NCBI RefSeq assembly: GCF_006345805.1
Contig: NC_043024.1
Span: forward strand, 12,462,001 to 12,526,000
DNA: 64,000 bases
Direction of reading: 5' to 3'
Source of the DNA: Octopus sinensis
Lineage: Eukaryota
Positions 37,661-52,514 of this stretch are shown piece after piece. The notes below the pieces were generated by a model. That model was not told where the DNA came from, searched no databases, and worked only from the letters and a program-made list of their open reading frames with translations. Made by a program: the position numbers and the translations under genes. Each line of letters starts with the position of its first letter. Positions within the stretch are counted from its first letter, which is position 1.

Positions 37661-40600
37661 CTGAGACACCTCTCCATCATGAAGGACCATGGGATTGCAC
37701 CTAGAAAGTTCTCCTCCGAGGCACAAGTCGGGGCAAGGTTGTTTTTATGGGAGACCAGCAGTCGCCCATGAATACCGGCCTCCCTTCTCCACACCACTGA
37801 TGTTATCCAAGGGAAAGGCAAAGGGGCCGATACAGCTTGGTACCAGTGACATAATGGATATCATTATGGTTCCGCCACCCGGGCAGTACCATTCAATCTG
37901 GTGGTATCAACAGCACTAAAGTAAGTGTTGTTTGAGAACAAACATACCAAAGAACCCACAACTTTCAAACAAATTTACCCAATGTACAACAGCATCGGTA
38001 AATAAATTCAATAAGTAAACCTACAACCAACTCCCAAATACTTAACCCAGCAGCGGCAAATCCTTGAAGTCAGACAAAAAATATCTCCGACCGTCTTCCA
38101 TTGTATAATGTGAAAGTGAAAGCTTAATAACCACATTCATTCAATTTAAACACAGGCAGGACTAAACCCTAACTTCAAAATTAAACTATATATCTTAGGT
38201 GTAGGAGTGGCAAGTAGCTTGTTTACCAACCACATGGTTCCGGGTTCAGTCCCACTGCGTGACACCTTGGGCAAGTGTCTTGTGAGTGGATTTCGTAGAT
38301 GAAAACTAAAAGAAGCCCATCGTATATATGTATGTATATATATATTATATATATATATATGTAAACAGTAAAAATAATTACAGACATGGACAAGAACATG
38401 AAACACCACAGAGACGACACAAGAACCACAGGACGGGACATTCGAAGCCCTCAGTCATCAGTCAAGAACCAGATCATCTTAGCAATTTCGGCTGATTAAT
38501 CTTGAGATTGCTCCGATTTGGGCAGCCCGCCAAGGGAAATCTAAGCCAAGCGCATTAGATCCCCTGGAAGAAAGCTTCGAATGTATACAACACGAGGACG
38601 GAAAACGAACGAAGTACACGAACAAAAATACAGAATACGTGACACCAATAAGAATACAAAAACATATATATATATGTATGTATGTATGTATGTGTGTGTA
38701 TATGTTTCTGTGTCTGTGTTGTCCCCACCCAGCATCGCTTGACAACCGATACTGGTGTGTTTACGTCCCTGTAACTCGGCAAAAGAGACTGATAGAATAA
38801 GTACTAGGCTTATAAAGAATAGGTCCTGGGGTCGATTTGCTCGACTAAAGGCGGTGCTCTAGCATGGCCAGTCAAATGACTGAAACAAATAAAAGAGAGA
38901 AAAATCTGTATATATATATATATTTATGCACACATAATAATACATTGACAGTAAAATATCCATACCATTTGTAGCATGTAGGGTGCAAAGGTTTTTCAGA
39001 GAATGGTATTTCACATTGATCTCTGAGCGTCAGAGTGCATTTTCCTATCTGTGCATGTATGTGCACGTATGCACTTGACAGAAGAGGAGGAGGAGGAGGC
39101 AGTCATCATTTATGCCCCCCCCCCACCACTTGATGCGAAAGAAGAAATAAAGAAAAAAAAGACAAGGAACCTGCCGAGTCGTATTGATTGGATAATACCA
39201 ATTAAATGAAACGAAGAAAAAGGCATTGATCTGTGAAAGGTTGCTGGATCAAGTTTAGCTGATTTATCATTACTGCATGGGAAGCTGTGTCGATAGAAGA
39301 ACGGCGGTGGTGGTGGTGGGGGAGAGGCGAGTGCAGTAATATTATTGTTGTTGTGGTGGTGGTGGTCATGGTGGTGGTGGTTTTATATGCAGGTGAGAGT
39401 GGTGAAGACGATGGTGGTGGTGCTTTTAATGTGGTGGTATTATCATGGTGGTGGTCATAGCTGTGAGTGGTATTAGAGATATAAATATGGTTTACAGGTG
39501 GTGGTTGTTTTTGAAGTGGTAGGAGTATACTCCATGGTGGTGGTGGTGGTGGTGGTAGTGGATATTGCAGAGGCAGTGGAAGTGAATGGTGGTGGTAATG
39601 GTGTTAATTGTAACTGTGATGGTGGTGGTGGTGTCGATGGGTCGATGGTGGTGGTGGTGGTGTTGATGCCAGGTTGAAACGAGGAACGGCACTAAATAAA
39701 AGACACAAAAGTTTTGAAGAAAAATAAAAATAAATGGACAAAAGGCCAACTTGGATTTATGTTGCTGTCAGGATGTCCATGGGGTCACTTGTTCTACTTG
39801 TGAAGAAATGGTAGCTAATTCTGCCTCACAGCAGACTGCATCGTTAGGCACAGCCATAGTTGTGTGGGTAGGAGTCTTGCTTCCCAACCACATGGCTTTA
39901 GGTTCAATGCCTTGGGCAGGTGTCTTCGATAGCTTTGGGCTGACCAAAGTATTGTGAGTGGATTCGGTTGATGGAAACTGAAAGAAGCTCATCATGTATG
40001 TGTGTGTGTGTGTGTTTCCTTACTTTGACTTCATGTGATGGCTGTAAACGAGTGTCACTGCCATACAAGCTGTGTCCTTCATTTACAACATTTTGCAGAA
40101 TAGGAAAATATCACTTTGCTTTGAAACAGGTGAGGTTTGGTGACAGGAAGAGCATCCAGTCATAAAAAATCTGCCCCAAACTCTGTCTGACCCATGCAAG
40201 CATGGAAAAGTGGACGTAACAACAACAACAACAACAGCAATGATGATGTTAGTCATACTGTGTCTGACTACAGTGTGGTGGTTTTAGTTAGAAAGGCTTT
40301 CATTCAGGAACTTCTGGACAAGGCCGGACCTGGAATTGAACAATATAAAGTGGTGAGAAGTCTACTAGAAATAGTAGCTAAATTTCCTTCAAATCACACA
40401 CTACTATGTAATAGGCACAGTGGGCAGTGTAGCTGTTGGTACACTGAATCTGATTTTATAAGAGTGATGGTCATAGCTGGACTGTCTTTGACCTTATGTC
40501 TGACAAATCAAGGATTGGTTGAGAGTTAAATGAGGAGAAACCAAACTACACCACTCAAATGTGAAATCTTGTTCCACCTGCAATAAAAATAGCAGTCAAA

Positions 40601-41941
40601 TCTCCCTCAACTCACAGGTTACTGTCTTGACAAGTCAGAGGCAGATTTGATGATGTAGTCCTAGATACACTATGTCTGACTGAGAAGGATGGTCATGGTT
40701 AGATTGTCTAATAATAAGTCTGCTGGACCAGGATCGATTGATAGTTGCTACTGATGATGATGATGATGATGATAATGATCATCATCAATTTCATCAACAA
40801 CAAGAAGAAAATGAACCAATGAGAGAAGATCTCCATGGACACTCGACTTACCAGTAATAACAGCCAAATCTCTCTCATATATTACGAGAAGCAATACTTT
40901 TGGATGATGTAATCCCAGATAGACTGTGTCTTTCCTTGAAACAGCCACACTACCATAATCAAAAACATCTCCTTTGCACCACCACCATCACTCCACCCTC
41001 ACAACAACAGCACCATGATCAGCTAACTGGCACTCCGTTGGTTATGATGAGGATTCCATCGATCTGATCAGTGAAACAGCCCTGCACGTGCAGTTAACGT
41101 GCAAGTGGCTGAGCATTGCACAGACATGCGTCCCAGGGAGATTCCGCACAACACAGAATGTAACAAAGATGGCTCTTTGGAAAACATGTACGACTCATTT
41201 TTGCCAGCTGAGTGGACTGGGGCAATGTCCAATACGGTGTCTTGCTCATAGTATCATCGGGAATTGAACTCACAACATTATGATCGAGAGCCAAATACCC
41301 TAACCACCTAACCACTAAGGTACAAGCCTTCACCATGGCCACCACCACCACCACCACCACCACCACCAACATCAACCTGTTCAAACCAAAAATATGAAAC
41401 CGAAACAGATGTAAAATTTGCTGCCAGAAAGAATACTGGAATCTGTTGAAAGTCTCTGCACCTGTATTACAAGAAGGTTTTGATTTATCCGGAGATACGG
41501 AGGAGCTGATATGACAGACATTGTTGTGAGATATGATTTATGTTACGCTACATTAATACGAAATGATTCAAGTGTCTGCAAGAATTACAGAGAAGAAATG
41601 AAGACATCAGAGAGGAAAGAAATGGTTTCTAATAATCAAGTTTTCACGGAATTGTTTATAGGATTATAATGTAATTGGATTAAGGTGCCATTGTTTTACA
41701 AACCAAATGCTGACTGTGTTTGCCTTAATAATAATAATCATCAAATGGTTTGAGGAGACGTGCTGAATGGATATGAAAAAATGTGCAGGGGTGGCTGCGT
41801 GGGAAGAGGTTTGGTTCCCAACTACATGGGTACAGGTTCAGTCCCACTGCATGGCACCTTTGACAAATGTCTTATACTACAGCCCCAGTCCAAACAAATT
41901 CTTGTGAGCGGATTTGGTAAAAGTAAACTAAAAGAAGTCTG

Positions 41942-41975
<34 letters not shown>

Positions 41976-43731
41976 TGTGTGTGTGTGTGTGTGTATTTAA
42001 AGTAAAGACCCCCTTCAGTCATGAATGACCATGGGATTGCACCTAGAAAGTTCCCTCTGAGGCACAAGTCTGGACAAGGTTGTTTATGGAACACCAGCAG
42101 TCACCCACACCAGTTTCCCCTCTCCACACCACCGATGTCACCCAAGGGAAAGGCAAAGGGGTCGATACAGCTTGGCACCAGTGACGTCACAATTCATTCC
42201 TAAAGAGGAGTGAACTGGAACAACGTGAAATAAAGTGTCTTGCTCAAGAACACAACATGCAGCCTAGTCCAGGAATCGAACTCACTACCTCATGATTATG
42301 AGCCTGGTGCTCTAAATACCATTTTTTCTTTTGTTTGTTTATGTCATTGGACCATGGTTATGCAATGGCACCATCTTGAAGGTTCTAAGTCAAACAAATC
42401 AACCCCACGATTTACTTTTCTAAGTCCAGCATTTATTGTGGTGCTTTTTGTCAAACCAATATATTATGGGGATATAAACAAACCGTCACTGGCTGTCAAG
42501 CAGTGTTGGGGTACAAACACAAGTGCAAAGACACACAACAGGCTTCTTTCAATTTCCATCTACAAAATCCACTCACAAGGCATTGGTTGGTCTTGGGGTT
42601 TATAAGTAGGAGGCACTGAATGTGCCATGCAGGGGGACTGAATTGAAAAACCATATGGCTGACAAGCAAACTTCACCACCACCACCACCACCACCACCAC
42701 CACCACTGCCACCACCACCACCACCACCACCACCACCACCACTGCCACCACCACCACCACCACCACTGCCACCGCCACCACCACCACAGGATCTGAGAAA
42801 TCTGAGGACTGCATTTGTTCTCCAATGTCTGTTTTGGATTGGCTTCTATGGCTGTTTGCCCTTCTCAGTGCCAAACACTTTACAGAATGTTCTGGAATGT
42901 CAATGTAGCTTGCAAGAGTAAGACCCCCTTCAAGGGGGTGGGCTACAGTAAAGAGGTAGATGACTTTATGCTAGGATATGAGAGGTTAAAGGATGAAAGA
43001 AGGGAGCAGAAGAGTAGAGGGTGCCTTGCTATAGTGGAGGGGAGGGGGTTAATGACTATTTGCATTGTCAAAGTGTTATCAGGATAGAACTGAGGTGCCA
43101 AGATGGATCTTTGAGGTACATGAAGATAAGTGAGTGGGGGACAGAGAAACAGGGTACATGGGTGTGTAGAGGATGCAAAGGTGTATGGAGAGAGCGAGGA
43201 ATGATTGAAAATGGAGTAAGTTGAGGGGGTGAATATAATGCATAAAAGACAAGGTCTGAGGGGTGGTTGATGAGGAAAGGCGGAGAAGAGTAGGTGATGA
43301 CAGCAGAGTTTGAATGGCAGGGTTGAGGGGTGGTGCAGACAAGAGGGTAGGGGTGATTGATAATATATGTAAGTTGGGGAAATTGTAGGAGGGAGAGATG
43401 ATGACTGGTGGCACAAAAAGGGGTGAAGCGCAGCAGAATGGGAATTGTAAGTGCAGTAGACAGAGGAAGGATGAGAGGAAAGAAGAAGACGTGGTGGGTT
43501 ACAAAAATATCCCTTATTTGAAAAAGCAGAGACAGCTGGCAACAAAACGAGGAGGCAGACAAAATTCCTGCCTTATCTAATCCATGCACGCTCGGTAAAA
43601 CTGACGCTAAACAAATGAACATTGCACACAAACACACACATACACAGCAAAGCACATACCTTGAGATCAATTTGATACTTGGAATTTCTATTCGTGTTGT
43701 GCGTATATATATATGTGTGTATGTATGTGTG

Positions 43732-43771
<40 letters not shown>

Positions 43772-45302
43772 AAGTTTTTGAAGGTTATTTACATATTTTA
43801 AAACCGTTGACAGAATCATTTCCTGTCTTCAAAGCAAACTATGTAAATTCTTTCTTTAATCCAATGTACCCAGACACGCGGGGGTGGGGGGTGGTGGTGG
43901 TAATGGTTGGTGATGGCGGTGGTGGTAGCTGGATAGTGGATAGTAAAGGTTCCAATATTTGCCTCTCTCTGAAGACGTGCCAAGCTGGAGCAGGTAAATT
44001 CTTTTCATGATAATAATGTTCAGTAATAAACAATGTCTGTTTGACAAAAGAACTGTTATAACCTTCATGACAATGACGCCATCCATGACTAACACCACTG
44101 ACATCACCATTGCCACCACCACCACTACCACATTCACCACAACAACTGTACATTTCAATGTAGTTGTTTGACCTGCTTGAAATAATAACCTAATCCTCCT
44201 TAAATCCCATCCAGCTGCCTTTGGTCAATGCTGGATACGATTACAGCATTCAGTACTTGGTCTGCTGATCCCATTTCTGCTGGATCAGGCTGCCTTGGGG
44301 CTTAACAACAATGCTAAGAAGCCTCAACAAGTCATGAATCTGCTAAAAATAGCAACCAAGTTACCTCAAAATCACACCATAGCATATTGTGTAATGTAAT
44401 TCGCCACCAAAAAAAGATGAAACAGATGAGGAAGTCATGACTGGATTAGCATTGATTATAAGGTTTGCCTGATCATGACTGACCGAGGGCTAAACAACAA
44501 AAACAAGATAACGGAAAAAAACAGAAAACATGAACTTTTGTCAAAAAAAAAGAGAAACCTCATAATCAAATGAATAAAGAAATTTCTAAAAAACAAAAAA
44601 TTATATAAATATAAAACTAATTAAAAACTGAAAGAAAACCAAAAAAAACCCTCAAACTATCAAGTCTGAATGATTTTAATTTAATGTTCATTAATTTGTT
44701 TTTAGTATTTTTAAGCGTATTTTTTTTTCATTTGACATGGTGTGGTGGTGGGGTGTTGCGAGGGGTGAAGGGCGATGATGGCTTATTTGCTTTGAGTGTT
44801 CTGAAGTGGTAGCCGTGGTATGGAGGGGCAGAGAGCTGTGCATGTGTTCGGCTGTTTGTGTTGCCAATTTATGTAAACACACACAAGACACACACGTGTG
44901 TGCATATATATATATATATATATATGCATATACACATATGTATATACACACTCATACTAATGTGTATAGCATTGTCATGTATGTAAGTGCAGTGTAAGTA
45001 CACTCGATACACACGTATTTACACACCAGGCAGGATTCTAAAACACACATCGTCACAGAGGAAAGATTCTTGCCTAATCTCTTTATCGTATTCAAGGCCA
45101 GGTCCACTGTGGGTATGTGGGTGTGTGTATGTGGTTGTGTGTGTGTGTGGGTATGCGTGTGTGTGTATATGAAAGAGGCACAAAAAGCAAGTGAGTGTGT
45201 GTGTGTGCATCTGTAAAACCTGTCGGCTTATGTAGGTTTATGCTTATATCTCTATTGCTCATGTGTGTATGTCTATAAATACTGTGTCTATGCATGTGTA
45301 AA

Positions 45303-45337
<35 letters not shown>

Positions 45338-45395
45338 GATGACTATGTGCATATGAGTATTTGTAAAAATTTTATATCTATCCTTGTATGTGTTT

Positions 45396-45441
<46 letters not shown>

Positions 45442-45816
45442 ATATATATATGTCTTTGTGTGTGTGTATATATATGTATAATGTACAGTCTGTGTGTAAA
45501 GACCTATGTCTACCCATGACTCTATACATGTCCACGGTGTGTGTGTGTGTGTGGTCAGACCATACATATGTGCTATATTTTCACTAATTGCTTGAGGGTG
45601 CCTATGTAGTCTGTGAGTGGAAGGGCCAAGATGTGTTGGGGGGGGGGGCTTGCAGAAGTTGTGGGTTCGTCCTCATTTACAGTTGAGTAGACTGGAGCAA
45701 TGAGAAGTGGAGTAACTTGCTCAAGAACACAACAGGATGGTCCCCAGAACAAATGCTTGATCTTATGATCATCAACACTCCACTAGGCCATGTGCTGGCG
45801 TTATTATATATACATG

Positions 45817-45859
<43 letters not shown>

Positions 45860-46429
45860 GCATATTCATACACACACACATATATATATGCATCAATACC
45901 TACACATATAGACATACATACAGATACATGCACACATATACACACATATACATGTATGCTTACATACACTTGTATACATATATACCTACATACACACATA
46001 TACATGTATAATTACATACACACATATACATATACTTACACAAATATAGATGTATGCTTACATACACACACATCTGAAATGTCAACACCCCCACCCCTCA
46101 GGTTTCTTCTAATTCAGTGTGAACGAAAGCAACCAGGGAGAATCTTCAATTTCCTTTCCTATGTGTCAGAGGAGGAGGAGGAGAGGAATACACAGGTGGG
46201 TGAATGGGTGGGGGTTTAATGGATATTGACATGCATGTGTGTGTGTGTGTGTGTGTGTGTGCACGTGTGAGTTTGTGTATATAGGTGAGCTAATATGTAG
46301 CAGTAGTATTCAGTTGCTATGCAACCAACCATATTTTAGTAAACCTAGTTTTATTGAAAAAGAGCAAATGTGTAGACACCCCCCCCACACACTAACACTT
46401 CATTACATAATTACAAAAAACAATCAATA

Positions 46430-46791
46430 CGCTTCATTTGTTTCAGTCATTTGACAGTGGCCATGCTGGAGCACTGCATTTAGTCAAGCAAATAGACCCC
46501 AGGACTTATTCTTTGTAAGCGTTAGTGCTTATTCCATCGGCCTCTTTTGCCGAACCGCTAAGTTACGGGGACGTAAACACACCAACATCGGTTGTCAAGC
46601 AATGTTGGGGGGACAAACATAGACACACACATATATATATATACATATATACGATGGGCTTCTTTCAGTTTTCGTCTACCAAGGCCAGCCCGAGGCTATA
46701 ATAGAAGACACTTGCCCAAGGTGACACACAGTGGGACTGAACCTGGGACCATGTGGTTGGTAAGCAAGCTACTTACCACACAGCCACTCCT
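46430..46791 (-). mobile_element. CORE-like SINE, family 1
   Basis: Reverse complement of the family consensus. Confidence 0.85.
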
Positions 46792-47656
46792 AGTAATTAT
46801 AATACTAAAACAAAAATTCATGACATCATGCAATGTTGTCAATATTTCAATAAGAATTTTGAATGATATATAACAATATATTACATTATATATAATATGT
46901 GTGCGTATATATATATATAATTTTTTCTTTGTCGTTTCATCTCAGAGCTGTGGCCATGCTGGAGCACCACCGTTTTGTGTTACACTGTTATTACTGTGAT
47001 CCTCCTCTAATATGTGGCACTTAATTAGGAGATATTAAAAATAAAGTTGTTTTTTACCAACCACTGGCAGAGAATGCATTTTTCTGGAAGGTTGTGGTGG
47101 GGTCTGGGGGAAAATAGGTAGGAAAATGCTGCAATAAAGCATCATTTGATGGAGGTTTGACTGCTTGTTCTAGCAGCTCAAATAACCAGTGTCAGGCCTG
47201 TCAGCCATGGTTGGGTGTGGTGGTGTTATTCTAGCCGAATGTTACTACAGTACAACTTCATTAATGCCTTAATGTTGCTTTTGTTAATTGCTTCCTTTCG
47301 TTAAAACTAAATACAGGTGTCACAAAATATCATGTGTCGTTAGAGTTTGAAGTTAGGTCAACAACTCTGCAAATACATGATGTTGGTTCTTTGGCGCTTG
47401 ATGTTAAGTGGCATCTTAAGTTTGGTCAGAGTTTAGTTAACGAAACAAACAACAACACAGGGGGGGAGAACAAAAACATATCTGGTTCTTTGAACACACA
47501 ATGTCTGACATGTATGTATGTGTATTATGAATGTATATATGTATATGTATAGGCATATATACACTCGAAAAGAAAAGGAAAAAAACAAGCATATATGCTT
47601 CTTTGAACACACACTGTCCAACATGAGTGTGAGTGTGTATATATATGTGTGTATAT

Positions 47657-47699
<43 letters not shown>

Positions 47700-50600
47700 C
47701 ACATAAAGAAAAAAGAAAAGCAAAACCATATCTGCTTCTTTGAACACAAGATGTCTATAGATGTAGATCACATATATATACACAAGCACATATATATACG
47801 TAGATTTATACATACGAATATATACACACACATATACATATATATATATACATATACACACACACATGTAAGCTTTTCTTTATAATATAATTGTGTTATT
47901 TCTATTAAAAAGATTTATCCACACATCCTGTTCTATTTAATCAGTTCATTACCACCATTTATATGTCTGTGTACACACACACACACACACAGATAGATAT
48001 GAGTGTGTGTATATATATATATGTATACATACTTTAGAGAAGATTGTTCTTTTGTTGGCATATGCTTCATTTATGTAATAAGTGAGTTGAGAAGTTTAAA
48101 TTAACTGAGTTTATCCAGCAATTAAATGACAAAAACTCCCTCAGGAACTATTTGCATCTCTAAATAAAAAAAGAAAACCCAACAAATATGGGAGACAACT
48201 CCACTAATAGCATCTACTCTGAATTTCTTGAAAGAAACAACAACGTAGTTAAGGGTTAATGTTCTTTAACTCTGTTTAGCATTAAGTTGACTTGGTCGAA
48301 TGTTCGGCTGTTTCATTCACATTGCTTTGAATTCAAATCAAGTATCAACCATTTATCAGTTCCTTGGGTCATCCTGGGCAACCCTCTCAGCTGTGTTCTA
48401 GTCAGTTCTCAGCTCCCTCATCTGCTGTGACAGTGAGATACATGGCTGGCCCAACACAAGCAAAACCCCAGCCAGATCCTCAGAGAAGGGAACACAATAT
48501 GCAAGATCGAATCGGAAAATCAAGTTCTAAATTAATTATTATTTGGTAGTTGTGTGATTTCAATGATTGTTTATTTTTAGAATGACATTGCAGGCTAGGT
48601 GTGAGAGGCTGGATCTGGTTAGTTTTAACATAAATAATGATGATGATTATATATATGTGTATATACAGAATGCATTCATACACATGCACATATAACATGC
48701 ATGTGTGATAAATGAGTGCACTTAATAAAAAGGTATTACACACACACACACACAGAAGCACCAATTCTAATGAGAAGGGTCACAGTGTTCTTCCTTCCTT
48801 CTTGGTTTCCTTTGTACATCCTTCATCCTCTACCTCTCCTTCCCTCTCTTCCTTAAACCACATCCTTACCCCTGAATCCCCTGCCATACATTACACACAC
48901 AAACCTACAGATTGCCTACACACTCACAGTAGTGAACATTATGCGATTAGGCATTGTCTGCGTTTAACAAAGTCTTCTTGTCGCATGACCCTAACCATTA
49001 CAGATGTATTGATTTCAAATTTTGTCACAAGGCCAGCAATTACAAGAAAAAGGGGTGGGTAACTCAATTACATTGATTTGAGTGTTCATCTGGTATTTTT
49101 TTTTATTCACCTTAAAAGGTTGAAAGGTGAAGTCGACTGCAGCAGCATTTGAACTCAGAACATGAAGACAGGCAAAATGCCGCAAAGCATTTTGTTCAGC
49201 ATCTTAACCATTCTGTCTGCTCCCTGCCTTCATCTTTACAAGTGTATTAATCAAACAAAATCCCCATCACCAACAGCATGAGGCAACGAAGGAATTTCTA
49301 TAGGGTCAGTCAACCTGATCCCTTTCAAATCACATCCAATTTACTTTTGTCAGGGTTTTACAGGTGAGATGAAAAGAGGAAATTCTTTGCAAACCAGAGA
49401 CTTGCCCCAAAAGTCGAGAACAGAGTGGAATGTCTTAAAGACATGCAACGATCAGGGAGAGGTGTTGGATTAAGGATTAAGGTAATGGATTAAGTCTTCA
49501 AGTGTTTCTCCCAAGAATTCAGGCAGCAGACAGGAAGAGACCAAATGCCAAGACATTTTGTTTGGCATTATTCCAGCATTCCACCAACCAAGATCTGAAT
49601 TTGGGGAGCATGGAGAGGAAACGAATACCACAAGGCATTAGTTCCTTTATTCTAATGCTTTTGCCAATTTGATAGTTAAGTCAGTAAAAATGTGATTTAA
49701 GGGAGATTTGGTTACTATTTCATGCAGATTGAGTGATCCTGTTGTGGCTGACTCCCTCTTGTGGTGATGGTGGTAGCGATATCTTTAGGTGATAATGATG
49801 ATGATAATGATAGTGATGGACATAGGGAGGAGAGAGAGAGAGAGATTAGAATCAAGGAAGGACATCCCTTACACACACACACACACGAAATAAAAAAAAA
49901 ATCTGGTTCTGAATTATAATAGGGTGAGAGTGGAACAAAGAATACGAGGAACTGACAAAAATATATACAAACACCTCCCCACTCTTCACATCAGCTTGAC
50001 ACCCTATTTCCTTTTAGAAAACTGCAGAAACTGTAAAACGAAACAATACCCCCCCCCCCCCCCAGCAACCGTGGCAACGGAAGTCTTGTACTTCAATATA
50101 GAAGAACAGAACAAAAGACTTATTCAGAGTTGAGAGAATTGTTGTATATTTCGTGGCAAAAAGTCTTTCGAAAACCAGGAATTATCAAAGACACTGAAGG
50201 AAGGGTAACAACAACTAAAGTAATAATGAGATAATAATGATGATGATAATAATAATAATAATAATATGGGATACCAAAAGTTTCCAAAGGGTGTGGTGGT
50301 GGTGTGGATAGGGGTGAGAACAGGATGTGGCACAAAGAGGAGAGAAACATGAGTACAAAAAGATTTAAAAAAAATCAAAACAAAACTACAAAACAAAACA
50401 AAATAACAATGGTCAACTTTGTTACATGTGTAAGTATGAGAGTATGAGAGTATGAGAGTATGAGAGTAGGTTTGTATGAGAGTATGAGAGTAGGTTTGTA
50501 TAATTATTTCTGAGTAATTAAGAAGTTTGCTTTGCAGCCTTGTGGCTTTGTGTGGTCAATTGTGCCACCGCATGGCACAATGAACAAATGCCTTCTACTA

Positions 50601-51429
50601 CATGGGCCATGGGCCAAGCAAAGCCGCATTTTAAAAGCAGTGTGACTCAGCTCTAACATGAAAAACACATGCTGAAAGCAGCAACCAAATCTCCTTAAAA
50701 TGACATGTTACTAGCTTTAAGAAGGAAGGACTCAGTAGATTATGAGGTTCTAGGTGCTATTTTATGTCTGAAAATATAAAGACAGGATGGCCACTGTTGG
50801 AATGTGTTTGCTCATAACTGAACAACACTAAAACAACACCAGAAGCCTCTCGATGGTCACAGAGAGGACATTTGAACATCATCGGATAACATATTGGATA
50901 AAATATTTTCAAGTATAAAAACAAATGAGATGGCCATGGTAGGAACGACTTTGATTTTAGTCTGTTTATTTGGGGCTAAACTAAAACTCGTTAACATTGG
51001 ATAATATTCGAGTTATGTAAAGATACATTTGAATAAATGATGTGTGTGTGTGTGATTGTGTGTGTATGGGTGTGTGTGAGTGTATGTGAGAGTGTATGTG
51101 TGAACGTGTGTGAGAGTGTGTGTATGTGAGAATGTATGTGTGTGAGAGTATATGTGTGAGAGTGTATGTGTGTGTGTTTGTGTGCATGTGTGTGAGTATG
51201 TACACACACACACACACATACATACACGCACAGATTACATTCTTCAATGGTATGTGACTTTCTTGCTGCTGGTCAACTTAAATATCTAATTAACATCACA
51301 GCATTAACGAGCCATTCAGAACGAGATATGCTTAAGTCTCCTGTGTGAACAAGACATCACGTTGGTATGTGTGGTGTGTGTGTGTGTGAGTGTTTATAAG
51401 TATGTGTCCATGTATATGTGTATGTGTAC

Positions 51430-52080
51430 AACATCATCATCATCATCATGATGTCTGTTTTCCATGCTGGCATGGGTTGGACAGTTTGGCAGGAGCTGGC
51501 ATGGCTGGAGAGCTGCACAGGCTCCATGTCTGTTCTGGCATAGTTTCTATACAGCTGGATGCCATTCCGAACACCAACCACTCTACAGAGTGTACTGGGT
51601 GCTTTTATGTGGCACTGGGGTGTGTACTATGTGGCACCAGCACCCATGGGCCCACAAAATTCTGAATGCTCAGCTGAAGAGGGATCCAGGGGACATGGCT
51701 GTAGGCAGGGACGGCCCCAGTTTTACTTAGATTGACATATGTCTTCCGAAGCACAGCAAATTGTCAGGAGGCTTGGTCCCCTGTCCTTCTGTGATCCTTT
51801 CTCACCACTTCATCCCAGATCTTCTGGGCCTACCTCTTCTACATGTTCCCTCCACCATGAAAGATCAGCACCTCTTGATGGAACTGTCCTCCTTCATGTG
51901 CATCACATGACCATACCTGTGCAGTCTTCTCTCTGATGCCTCCTTGTATGCACAGTTTTCCTCTCAGGTCTCTTACACCCTGTCGTATATGCACACTGAC
52001 ATTACCCATCCAGCAGAGCATACTGGCTTCATTTCTTTCAAGCCTTTCTATGTCCTGAGTAGTCACAGCCCGTAATATAC
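51430..52080 (-). pseudogene. Degraded RTE LINE 3' end with tail
   Basis: AVTTQDIERLERNEASMLCWMGNVSVH is homologous to the 29165-29790 ORF; (CAT)n tail at about 51430. Confidence 0.85.
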
Positions 52081-52480
52081 ACACCTAGATATAGATATTG
52101 TGTGTGTGTATGTCTTGTTTTCTCCACCAAACCTTAGTCACAATTTATGTTCCTAACACTAGTTGAATGGTAACAAAGTTATTTTACTAAATTCTCCGTT
52201 ATATTTAAAGTAATTGAAAGAAATACAGAGCATCTCAAAATAAATAGAGTAATGAAAGGGTTAAATACATTTGAGGAGGGAATTGTGTGGTTAAACATAA
52301 TTTTTCTTTTCATTAAAAACTTTTAATTGAAACGAGTCAAAAAATTAAGATAAATTACTGAAACAATGCTTTATTTATTGTAATTATTTATTTGCTGTTG
52401 TAATCTTAATGACCTATTTGATAAAAATAACTATCAGCATAATTTTCAATGTTACCAATTATTATTATCAATTCTAGAAG

Positions 52481-52514
<34 letters not shown>

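Noticed and set aside
40839-40950. Strong minus-strand donor CTG|GTAAGT with an open frame
   Set aside because: The upstream sequence is a common interspersed repeat (gatttggctgttatt...), and no acceptor was found.
41440-41575. Strong minus-strand acceptor at 41576
   Set aside because: All frames close within about 10 codons and there is no convincing donor.
47472-47760. CRISPR-like repeat-spacer layout
   Set aside because: Eukaryotic context, spacers that are microsatellites of unequal length, and no cas genes.
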